Positions 1 through 7,330 are shown, numbered from the stretch's first letter. The stretch is DNA of 10,766 bases from Candidatus Krumholzibacteriia bacterium (GCA_036478295.1 JAZGDW010000088.1:1-10766); one strand, 5' to 3'. The notes: generated by a model from the letters alone, not told the origin. Numbers and translations: made by a program.

Positions 1-261
1 GGCAATGTACTGCATCGTGTCGTAAATCGCCATTCCCGAGGAGATCATTCCACCCGGGCTGTTTATGTAGAGGAAAATATCCCGGTCGGAATCCTCTGCC
101 TCCAGAAACAGCAACTGGGCAATGACAACGTTGGCCACCATATCGTCTATCTGGGACCCGAGAAAGATAATGCGGTCCTTCAGCAGGCGCGAGTAAATGT
201 CGTACGACCGCTCTACCCGGCCCGTTTGCTCGATCACGTATGGTATTGGAACATAGGACAT
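1..261 (-). CDS. clpP: ATP-dependent Clp protease proteolytic subunit (5' part; runs off the left edge)
   Basis: Not in the ORF track. Manual translation from ATG at 261 gives [87 protein letters not shown], with the ClpP hallmarks [20 protein letters not shown] and AIYDTM. SD-like AAAGGA at ~272-277. Lies directly downstream of tig. Confidence 0.98.
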   Translation of the reverse strand, partial: MSYVPIPYVIEQTGRVERSYDIYSRLLKDRIIFLGSQIDDMVANVVIAQLLFLEAEDSDRDIFLYINSPGGMISSGMAIYDTMQYIA

Positions 262-325
262 TATCTGACAATCCTTTCTACGCTCGTAATATAATGAATG
301 CTACGGACGTGCAGAAGGGAAATCA

Positions 326-1639
326 TCAGGCTGCTTTGACTTCCGCCGCCTCCCGCAAGAAGCTGAGAACTTTCCTGTCGAGAAGATCGTTCTCCAGGCT
401 TCGGCGTCTTTCGGGATGAGCGAAATACTGCCTGACTTCCTCTGCATTTCCCGTTCCGCCCCGGGCCAATTCTTCGATTTTTGCGTCAGTTTCTTCCGCG
501 CTAAGCTCTAGTTTTTCCTGGTTCTTGACCGCCTCCAGGATAAAGTACTTCTTAATGCTGCGTACAGCGGCCTGCTGGAAATGTTCCCGGATCTCGCTCT
601 CGCGCTGGGCCTCGTCGGGCACCTGCGGGCGGCGCTGCCGGTCCTCCTGGAGGATCGATGAGAGGTAATTCTGTACCATCGCCTCGGGCACCTCGAAAGA
701 ATTTATGTCGATCAGGCGGCCCACGATCACCTCTTCGACTTCGTGCAGGTACCGTTTTTCTTCCTCTTTGACCAGATCTTCCCGGATCTGTGACCGGAGA
801 CTGGCCAGATCCTTGAACTGCTCACCCATGCCGCGCGCGAACTCGTCGTCGAGTGCCGGCAACTCCTTTACCTTAATCTCTTTGACCGTCGTCCGGAAGA
901 CCTTCTCGGTTCCCGCCATCTCCTTTTCTGGAAAACCATCAGGATACTTGACGCGGATGTCTTTTTCCTCACCAACTGCCATCCCGGGCAGCCGCTCGCG
1001 GAATTCCTCGAGGAGATTCTCCCCGCCCAGGTCCACCGCGTAATTGCGGGTCATCGCCTTGAGGTTAATGACGCCCTCCTCGAGCAGCGGCGCGTAGTCG
1101 ATCAGTACCACGTCTCCGTTCCTGACTTCACGGTCCACCACGCGCAGCGTCATCATCCGCTCGCGCAGGTGCTCGATCGTCTCGTCCACCCGCCCTTCGT
1201 CAATTTCTTTCTTGGCGACCTTGACCTTCAGGCGCTGGTAGCCCTCGATCTCAACCTCCGGCCGCACCTCGACGGTTACCTCCATCGTGATGTCGTGACC
1301 CTCCTCCGCCTTGACCTTGTCGAACTTGGGCTCACCGACCGGAGTTATCCCCTCCCGGACCAGCGCCTGATCGTAGATCTGGGGCAGCAGGCCGCGGACC
1401 GCATCGTTGTGGATCGCCTCGCTGTAGTTCTTCTCAACGTATTTTGCGGGAACCTTGCCCTTGCGGAATCCGGGGACCTTGAGTTCCCGGCGTAGTTCCA
1501 CCATCACCTGTGCCTTTTCCGCTTCGAGTTCCTCCTTCGGAATCTTGAATGAAAGCACGCGCCGGCATTGGTTCGGACTCTTCACCTCGACGGTAAATTC
1601 TCTATCCTTGTCGGGCGTCCTTGCCAAGTCTCTTGCCAT
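326..1639 (-). CDS. tig: Trigger factor (ribosome-associated chaperone), ~437 aa
   Basis: Ribosome-binding signature VPGFRKGKVP, FKBP-like middle domain and helical C-terminal domain. The track ORF 326..1825 runs through the tRNA. The likely start is ATG 1639 (GGAG at 1649-1646, 6-nt spacing); ATG 1645 is an alternative. Confidence 0.97.
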   Translation of the reverse strand: MARDLARTPDKDREFTVEVKSPNQCRRVLSFKIPKEELEAEKAQVMVELRRELKVPGFRKGKVPAKYVEKNYSEAIHNDAVRGLLPQIYDQALVREGITPVGEPKFDKVKAEEGHDITMEVTVEVRPEVEIEGYQRLKVKVAKKEIDEGRVDETIEHLRERMMTLRVVDREVRNGDVVLIDYAPLLEEGVINLKAMTRNYAVDLGGENLLEEFRERLPGMAVGEEKDIRVKYPDGFPEKEMAGTEKVFRTTVKEIKVKELPALDDEFARGMGEQFKDLASLRSQIREDLVKEEEKRYLHEVEEVIVGRLIDINSFEVPEAMVQNYLSSILQEDRQRRPQVPDEAQRESEIREHFQQAAVRSIKKYFILEAVKNQEKLELSAEETDAKIEELARGGTGNAEEVRQYFAHPERRRSLENDLLDRKVLSFLREAAEVKAA

Positions 1640-1656
1640 CTCCATCTCCAGTTGTT

Positions 1657-1741
1657 TGGTGCGAGAGGGGGGATTCGAACCCCCACGAGGTATCTCACTG
1701 GATCCTAAATCCAGCGCGTCTGCCAGTTCCGCCACTCTCGC
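1657..1741 (-). tRNA. tRNA-Leu (anticodon TAG), 85 nt, long variable arm, encoded CCA
   Basis: Reverse complement GCGAGAGTGGCGGAACTGGCAGACGCGCTGGATTTAGGATCCAGTGAGATACCTCGTGGGGGTTCGAATCCCCCCTCTCGCACCA. Acceptor stem GCGAGAG/CTCTCGC, anticodon stem CTGGA/TCCAG around loop TTTAGGA, T-arm GGGGG-TTCGAAT-CCCCC. Confidence 0.98.
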
Positions 1742-1759
1742 GTCACCCGGGCGTCGTCC

Positions 1760-1780
1760 GCCGCACGGCCGCCGTGCGGC
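1760..1780. repeat. Perfect inverted repeat in the tRNA 5' leader
   Basis: GCCGCACGGC-C-GCCGTGCGGC; the 10-nt arms are exact reverse complements. Confidence 0.8.
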
Positions 1781-1795
1781 CGCCGCTCGCCGGCT

Positions 1796-1825
1796 ATGGT
1801 ACGAAGCGCCAAAAAACGCGGTCAA
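1796..1825 (-). promoter_or_regulatory. Putative sigma-70 promoter for tRNA-Leu/tig/clpP
   Basis: TTGACC (1825-1820), 18-nt spacer, TACCAT (1801-1796), followed by a GC-rich discriminator-like stretch (AGCCGGCG), ~55 nt upstream of the tRNA. Confidence 0.7.
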
Positions 1826-1834
1826 GCCATTTCG

Positions 1835-1863
1835 CGCTACGCAGACCTCACGGCTGCGTAGCG
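1835..1863. repeat. 10-bp perfect hairpin downstream of the leuB-like gene (no U-tract)
   Basis: CGCTACGCAG (1835-1844), 9-nt loop, CTGCGTAGCG (1854-1863). Confidence 0.8.
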
Positions 1864-1952
1864 TGCGGTGATTGGAGCTGCCGGCGCGCAGCGCCGCGGC
1901 TCAATCAGCTTGTCCGTCCACAAAGGCCTGGCGCCGTAGCTCGATCACCGCA
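1864..1952. repeat. Three-arm repeat: one arm complementary to two direct-repeat arms
   Basis: A=TGCGGTGATTGGAGCTGCCGGCGC (1864-1887), B=GCGCCGCGGCTCAATCA (1891-1907), C=GCGCCGTAGCTCGATCACCGCA (1931-1952). B and C match at 14/17 nt with a 40-nt offset, and both are imperfect reverse complements of A. Confidence 0.7.
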
Positions 1953-1975
1953 AGGCCCATCTGCCTACCCGGCCG

Positions 1976-3025
1976 CTAGTTCAGATACTCCAGCAGGGTA
2001 TCCGTATAGACGGAGGTCTTGATGCCGCTGCTCGTCGACAGCGACGGTATCTTGCCGGACGACAACGCACTGTGCATCGCCTTGTCGATGCGAGCGGCCG
2101 CGGACGCCAGTCCCAGTTCTTCGAGCAGCATCTGCACGGCGCTTATCGTGGCCAGGGGACAGACGACACCCCGCCCGGCGTGTTTGGGTGCCGAACCGTG
2201 GATGGGCTCGAACATGCTCACCTTGCCCGGATGGATGTTACCCGAGGCCGCCATACCCATCCCTCCCTGGACGGCGGCGCCGAGGTCGGTGATGATATCG
2301 CCCATCATGTTACCGACCACGGCTACATCGAACCATTCGGGGTTCTTTATCATCCACATGCAGGCTGCGTCTATGTAAGCATGGTCCCTCTTGATATCGG
2401 GATACTCCTCGCCCACCTCCTCGAAGGTCCGGGTCCACAGCTCCTGGGCGGGCAGCGCGTTACGCTTATCGATCAGCGTAACTTTCTTGTCCTTGTTTCG
2501 TTTTCTCGCAAGGTCGTACGCATAACGCACCGCACGTTCCACGCCCTTGCGTGTCATAATCATTTCCTGAATCGCCACTTCGTCCGGCGTGCCCTTTTTG
2601 AACTGCCCCCCGATGCCCATGTAAAGCCCTTCGGTGTTCTCGCGTACGAAAACCATGTCGATGTCTTCGGGGCGTTTGTCTTTGATCGGGGTGAGACCTT
2701 CCGCGTAGAGTTTTATCGGGCGCAGATTGACGTAGAGATCCAGCGTCCAGCGGATGCCGCCCACGATGGCCCGTTCCAGAACACCGATCTCGACACGTGG
2801 GTCGCCAATCGCTCCCAGCAGGATGGCGTTCATCTCCCTGTATTCGGAAAACACGCTGTCCGGCATGAGCTCGCCGGTCTTGAGAAAGTGGTCCGCCCCG
2901 AACGGGTAGGTCACCCTGTCGAACCGGAGCCCCTCCAGCTTCTCGATACGCTCGAGGACACGGAGCGCCTCGTCGACCACTTCCCGCCCGACGCCGTCGC
3001 CGGGTATGACAGCCAGCTTGTACAT
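1976..3025 (-). CDS. Isopropylmalate/isocitrate/tartrate-family beta-decarboxylating dehydrogenase (LeuB type-2-like), 349 aa; substrate uncertain
   Basis: Motifs IPGDGVGREV, LLGAIGDP, LYVNLRP, VRENTEGLY, DKRN, GDIITD, FEPIHGSAP. Strong SD AGGAGG at ~3030-3035. No leuA/C/D in the window, so no symbol is assigned. Confidence 0.9.
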   Translation of the reverse strand: MYKLAVIPGDGVGREVVDEALRVLERIEKLEGLRFDRVTYPFGADHFLKTGELMPDSVFSEYREMNAILLGAIGDPRVEIGVLERAIVGGIRWTLDLYVNLRPIKLYAEGLTPIKDKRPEDIDMVFVRENTEGLYMGIGGQFKKGTPDEVAIQEMIMTRKGVERAVRYAYDLARKRNKDKKVTLIDKRNALPAQELWTRTFEEVGEEYPDIKRDHAYIDAACMWMIKNPEWFDVAVVGNMMGDIITDLGAAVQGGMGMAASGNIHPGKVSMFEPIHGSAPKHAGRGVVCPLATISAVQMLLEELGLASAAARIDKAMHSALSSGKIPSLSTSSGIKTSVYTDTLLEYLN

Positions 3026-3039
3026 AGTACCTCCTGCTA

Positions 3040-3076
3040 TGATATTACTTTAATATATCACTATAACAAGTTATAA
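3040..3076. promoter_or_regulatory. AT-rich spacer with two short palindromes (candidate operator or promoter for the leuB-like gene)
   Basis: ATATTA-CTT-TAATAT (3042-3056) and TATAAC-AA-GTTATA (3062-3075), in an AT-rich patch within GC-rich DNA. Confidence 0.35.
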
Positions 3077-3085
3077 CCGCTATCG

Positions 3086-4303
3086 TTACGCGTTCATGTT
3101 CTCGACGAGCATCGCAATGCCCTGGCCTCCCCCGATGCAGGCGCTGGCGATGCCCCAGCGCTTGCCGGTGTTGTTCAGCTCCAGCGACAGTGTCAATAGC
3201 AGGCGGGCACCGGTGGCGCCCAGCGGGTGGCCGAGAGCGATGGCGCCGCCATTGACGTTGACCCGGTCGCGATCCAGTCCGAGCTCTTGCTCGACGGCAA
3301 GGTATTGGGCGGCGAACGCCTCGTTGATCTCAAAGAGATCCACGTCGGCGAGCTCTTTGCCTGTCTTCTCGAGCACCCCCCGGATAGCATTCACGGGACC
3401 GATCCCCATGATTTCGGGGTCGACGCCCACCGCGTGCCAGCCGATGATCTCCGTGAGGGCCCGGTGACCGTCGCGCTCGGCGGCGTCCTTATCGGCCACC
3501 ACCAGACACGCGGCCCCATCGACCATGCCGCTCGCGTTGCCCGCGGTCACGTAACCGTCCTCGCCGAAAGCGGGCTTGAGCGCGGCGAGTCCCTCGATGG
3601 TCGCCCCTTCGTACAGGTGGTCGTCCTTGTCGACTGTAATCGTCCCCTCCCGGCGGTCCTTGATCTCTACCGGCACAATCTCCTCTCCAAAGCGCCCGCT
3701 CTCGATCGCCTTTGCGCCGAGCTGGTTGCTGCGAAGCGCGTATTTGTCCTGGTCCGAGCGCGAAATCCCCCGGTCCCGAGCGAGCTTCTCGGCCGTCTGC
3801 GCCATCAGCATTTCACAGTAGGAATCCGTCAACGCCTCGAAAAGCGAATCCTCAAGCCTCGCGTGTCCAAGGCGGATGCCGGTGCGTCCCTGCCGAATGA
3901 CAAACGGTGCCTGGCTCATGTTTTCCATACCGCCGCACAGCGTGTACGACGCCCCGTCGCCAATCGCGTACGCGCCCTCGATGGCTGCCTGGATCCCCGA
4001 ACCGCACAAACGATTGACGGTGAGCGCGGGGACCTCCTTCGGGACCCCCGCCTTGAGGCCCACGTGCCGCGCACCGTAGATGGCGTCGCCGCTGGTTTGC
4101 AGGGCGTTACCCATAATCACGTGGTCGATCTTGTCGGTGGGGACGCCGCTGCGCGCCAGCGCTCCCTTCACGGCTACCACGCCGAGGTCGATGGCGGAGA
4201 CGCCGTTGAACTTGCCGCCACGCTCACCGGTACCGGTCTTGCCCCCGACCCACTCGGCCATCGGCGTGCGTGCGCCGCCGAGTATCACATATCGCTTGCT
4301 CAT
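3086..4303 (-). CDS. Acetyl-CoA C-acyltransferase (thiolase B; T1/ACAA2-like), 405 aa
   Basis: Catalytic motifs NRLCGSG, NEAF, GHP and CIGGG. SD GAGGAG upstream; 10-nt gap from the preceding stop. Confidence 0.96.
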   Translation of the reverse strand: MSKRYVILGGARTPMAEWVGGKTGTGERGGKFNGVSAIDLGVVAVKGALARSGVPTDKIDHVIMGNALQTSGDAIYGARHVGLKAGVPKEVPALTVNRLCGSGIQAAIEGAYAIGDGASYTLCGGMENMSQAPFVIRQGRTGIRLGHARLEDSLFEALTDSYCEMLMAQTAEKLARDRGISRSDQDKYALRSNQLGAKAIESGRFGEEIVPVEIKDRREGTITVDKDDHLYEGATIEGLAALKPAFGEDGYVTAGNASGMVDGAACLVVADKDAAERDGHRALTEIIGWHAVGVDPEIMGIGPVNAIRGVLEKTGKELADVDLFEINEAFAAQYLAVEQELGLDRDRVNVNGGAIALGHPLGATGARLLLTLSLELNNTGKRWGIASACIGGGQGIAMLVENMNA

Positions 4304-4313
4304 GACCGCTCCT

Positions 4314-5480
4314 CTAACTGTAGGCCTCCACCCCTGTCAACGCGTGCCCGATGATCAAGGTGTGAATATCATAGGTTCCTTCGTAGGTGTCCACGGACTC
4401 CAGATTGCACATGTGGCGCATGCTCTGGTACTCGCCGCTGATGCCGTTGGCGCCCAGTATGGTCCGCGTCTCGCGCGCGATTTCCAGCGCTTTTCTGACG
4501 TTGTTGCGCTTGGCCATCGATATATGGGTGAAATCAGCCTTGCCGGCGTCCTTCAGACGCCCGAGCTGCAGGGCCAGAAGCTGCGCGAGGGATATCTCGG
4601 TGGCGATATCCGCGAGTTTGCGCTGCGTCAGTTGAAAGGCGGCGATCGGCTTGTTGAACTGGATGCGCTCTTTGCTGTACTCCACCGCTTCGTGAAAACA
4701 CGCCATCGCCGCTCCGACGGCCCCCCACGCGATGCCGTAGCGCGCCTGGGTGAGACACATCAGCGGACTCTTCAGACCCTTCGATTTCGGCAGAATGCAG
4801 TCCTTGGGAACGCGGCAATCGCTGAAGATAAGCTCGCTGGTGTCGCTCGCGCGAAGGGAGAGCTTGTACGGAACTTCCTTGGCCTCGAATCCCTCACGGT
4901 CCTTCTCCACGATGAACCCGCGGATTTCGCCATCGAGTTTAGCCCATACCACAGCCATGTCGGCCAGGCTGCCGTTGGTGATCCACATCTTGGCGCCGTT
5001 CAGGACGTAATCTCCGCCGTCCTTGACCGCCGTGGTGATCATCCCGCCCGGATCGCTGCCATGGTCCGGCTCGGTCAGTCCGAAGCAGCCGATGGAATCG
5101 GCCCTGGCCAGCCGCGGTAGCCAACGGTTCTTTTGCTCGTCGCTGCCAAATTCATGGACGGGGTACATGACCAGGGCCGATTGCACCGACGCGAAACTCC
5201 GAAAGCCCGAGTCGCCGCGCTCGAGCTCCTGCATCATGAGCCCGTAAGCCACGTTGTTCAGACCCGCGCATTCGTAGCCATGGATGGTCGCGCCGAAGAC
5301 ACCGAGTTCGGCGAGCGGCTTGATCAGATCCTTGGGAAACGTGCCTTTCTCGTACTGCTCCGTAATGACGGGCAGCACCTGTTCTTCGACGAAGGTTCGC
5401 ACCGTGTTGCGAACGAGTCGCTCGTCCTCGGAGAACTGCCCATCCACCCGCATGTAATCGAATCCATCGAAACGCTTCAT
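4314..5480 (-). CDS. gcdH: Acyl-CoA dehydrogenase, glutaryl-CoA dehydrogenase-like, 388 aa
   Basis: ELERGDSGFRSFASVQS, GCFGLTEPDHGSDPGGM, NGAKMWITN, ARYGIAWG, LGANGI and TYEGTYDIH (catalytic Glu). These match the glutaryl-CoA dehydrogenase subfamily, including the DSGxRS arginine. Confidence 0.85.
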   Translation of the reverse strand: MKRFDGFDYMRVDGQFSEDERLVRNTVRTFVEEQVLPVITEQYEKGTFPKDLIKPLAELGVFGATIHGYECAGLNNVAYGLMMQELERGDSGFRSFASVQSALVMYPVHEFGSDEQKNRWLPRLARADSIGCFGLTEPDHGSDPGGMITTAVKDGGDYVLNGAKMWITNGSLADMAVVWAKLDGEIRGFIVEKDREGFEAKEVPYKLSLRASDTSELIFSDCRVPKDCILPKSKGLKSPLMCLTQARYGIAWGAVGAAMACFHEAVEYSKERIQFNKPIAAFQLTQRKLADIATEISLAQLLALQLGRLKDAGKADFTHISMAKRNNVRKALEIARETRTILGANGISGEYQSMRHMCNLESVDTYEGTYDIHTLIIGHALTGVEAYS

Positions 5481-5481
5481 G

Positions 5482-6264
5482 TTAGTTTCCTTTGAAATCC
5501 GGCTTGCGCTTTTCCAGAAAGGCTGCGAGGCCTTCCTTCATGTCCGCCGTCGCACACAGCACCCCGAAGGCTGTTGCCTCCAGCGTGCAGGCGTCTTCGA
5601 AACCCTGGTCGTACCCGCGGTCGATCACCTCGATGCCCGTCTTGAGCGCCAGCGGGCCCTTCGTGAGAAGTGTTTTGGCCACGGCCCGCGCGCCGGCCAT
5701 CAACTCGTCGTGCGCGACGACGACCGACACCAGGCCGATACGTAACGCCTCCGCCGCGTCGATAATGCGCCCCGTCAGCACCAGGTCCAGCGCCAACCCC
5801 TTGCCCACGATGCGCGCGAGACGCTGCGTGCCCGCGTAGCCGGGAATAATGCCCAGGTTTACCTCGGGCTGACCGAACTTCGCCTTGTCCGAGGCGACCC
5901 GCATCGTACAGGCCATCGCCAGCTCGCAGCCGCCGCCCAGGGCGAAACCGTTGACGGCGGCGATCGAGGGCTTGCCCATCGTCTCCAGCCGCCTGAGAAT
6001 GCGCTGGCCCCGCTTCGCCATCTCGGTTCCGCTGACGGCGTCTTGCTTGGCCAACTCGGAGATGTCGGCTCCAGCGACGAATGCCCTGTCGCCAGCGCCG
6101 GTGAGAATCAACACGCCGACCGATGGATCGCCCGCGACATCCTCCACCAGGGCCTCGAGGTCCGACATGAGCCGCGCGTTGAGCGCGTTCAAGACCTCTG
6201 GCCGGTTGAGCGTCGCGTATGCGATGCGGTCCTTCTTTTTCAGTTGAATGTGTTCGAGTGCCAC
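5482..6264 (-). CDS. crt: Enoyl-CoA hydratase / crotonase, 260 aa (GTG start)
   Basis: NRPEVLNAL, AFVAGADI, AVNGFALGGGCELA, FGQPEVNLGIIPG, with both catalytic Glu present. SD AAGGAGG. The stop is 1 nt before the gcdH ATG. Confidence 0.93.
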   Translation of the reverse strand: MALEHIQLKKKDRIAYATLNRPEVLNALNARLMSDLEALVEDVAGDPSVGVLILTGAGDRAFVAGADISELAKQDAVSGTEMAKRGQRILRRLETMGKPSIAAVNGFALGGGCELAMACTMRVASDKAKFGQPEVNLGIIPGYAGTQRLARIVGKGLALDLVLTGRIIDAAEALRIGLVSVVVAHDELMAGARAVAKTLLTKGPLALKTGIEVIDRGYDQGFEDACTLEATAFGVLCATADMKEGLAAFLEKRKPDFKGN

Positions 6265-6280
6265 TTCCCTTCCTCCTTAT

Positions 6281-7129
6281 TCATCCAGTGTAATCGTAGA
6301 ACCCTTTGCCGACCTTCTTGCCCCACTGGCCGGCGAGTACCATGCGCTTCATCAGGGGCGGTGCCGCGTAGCGAGCCTCCTTGAATTCGTCGAACATGAT
6401 ATTGGCAATATGATACGTCGTATCGATACCCACAAAATCGAGAAGGGTGAGCGGCCCCATCGGGTAGCCACAACCCAGCTGCATCGACCTGTCGATATCC
6501 TCACGGGTCACCTTACCCTCCTCGAACATGCGGACCGCCTCTAACAGATACGGCACCAGCAGCTTGTTGACAACGAACGCCGTCGTGTCGGGACAGGTAA
6601 TCGGCTCCTTCTTCAGCGACACCACAAACTCCCGCGCCTGGGCTACCGCCTCGTCGGAAGTGGCAATCGTCTTGACCACTTCCACCAGCTTCATCACCGG
6701 CACCGGATTGAAGAAGTGCAGCCCCAGAACTTTGTCCGGGCGATTCGTCGCCGCGGCGAGCTCGATCACGCACACCGAAGACGTGTTGGTGGCAAGCAGC
6801 GCGTCGGGTCTGGTGATTTCATCCAGCTTCTTGAAAACCTTCTTCTTTTCTTCCACGTTTTCGACGACCGCTTCGATGACCAGGTCACAGTCCTTCAGGT
6901 CCTCGAGTTTCGTGCTCCCCTCGAGATTGTCGCGGGTTTGTGCCGCCTGTTCCTCAGTAACTTTGCCTTTTGCGATTCCCTTGTCGATGTACTTGTTGAT
7001 GCGTTCCATTCCCTTCTTGAGAATGTCTTCGTTCACTTCTACCACGATCGTCTTGTATCCCGCCTGGGCGCTCACCTGTGCAATACCGGAGCCCATCAGA
7101 CCGCAGCCGATAACGCCAATGGTTTTCAT
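6281..7129 (-). CDS. hbd: 3-hydroxybutyryl-CoA (3-hydroxyacyl-CoA) dehydrogenase, 282 aa
   Basis: Rossmann motif GCGLMGSGIA, plus VIEAVVEN, ATNTSS, GLHFFNPVP, YPMGP and GKKVGKGFY. SD AAGGAGG upstream. Confidence 0.94.
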   Translation of the reverse strand: MKTIGVIGCGLMGSGIAQVSAQAGYKTIVVEVNEDILKKGMERINKYIDKGIAKGKVTEEQAAQTRDNLEGSTKLEDLKDCDLVIEAVVENVEEKKKVFKKLDEITRPDALLATNTSSVCVIELAAATNRPDKVLGLHFFNPVPVMKLVEVVKTIATSDEAVAQAREFVVSLKKEPITCPDTTAFVVNKLLVPYLLEAVRMFEEGKVTREDIDRSMQLGCGYPMGPLTLLDFVGIDTTYHIANIMFDEFKEARYAAPPLMKRMVLAGQWGKKVGKGFYDYTG

Positions 7130-7170
7130 GATCCTTTTTTCCTCCTTCTTGTCTTTTTTCCAAAGGTTAG

Positions 7171-7330
7171 CCGCCGTCCCGGCGGATCGTACTCTCGTGG
7201 TTCCGTTGAACGACGTTTTACAAACGCTGTCCGCTCGCGCTGCCGGGTGTGGACCGCCACCCCGGGACCGGGTTCGTCACCCGGCGATACCGACGCGGTC
7301 GTGCCGGCACCCGGCACACCTCGCCGCGGA
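7171..7330. other. Structured GC-rich intergenic region with repeated CCGGGT/ACCCGG arms
   Basis: Hairpin CCGCCG-TCC-CGGCGG (7171-7185). TGCCGGGTG (7241-7249) is complementary to CACCCGGCA (7308-7316) and CACCCGGC (7278-7285). Hairpin CCGGG-TTCGTCA-CCCGG (7268-7284) and palindrome GTGCCGGCAC (7301-7310). Confidence 0.45.

Noticed and set aside
288..316. Possible internal clpP promoter (TTCTGC-17-TATATT on the minus strand)
   Set aside because: The -35 match is too weak to support from sequence alone.
1640..1825. 62-aa N-terminal extension of trigger factor in the ORF track
   Set aside because: It reads through the tRNA-Leu gene and starts on the TTG of the -35 box; an artefact of longest-ORF calling.
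1835..1863. Hairpin as an intrinsic terminator
   Set aside because: No U-tract follows on the transcribed minus strand; kept only as an inverted repeat.
1657..3025. Functional leucine link (T-box or attenuator) between the leuB-like gene and tRNA-Leu
   Set aside because: No T-box consensus or Leu-rich leader peptide seen; tRNA-Leu belongs to the conserved tig-clpP block and has its own promoter.
7268..7291. T-arm-like hairpin CCGGG-TTCGTCA-CCCGG suggesting a tRNA or tRNA remnant
   Set aside because: The loop lacks the conserved A58; no matching acceptor stem, D-arm or CCA could be found.
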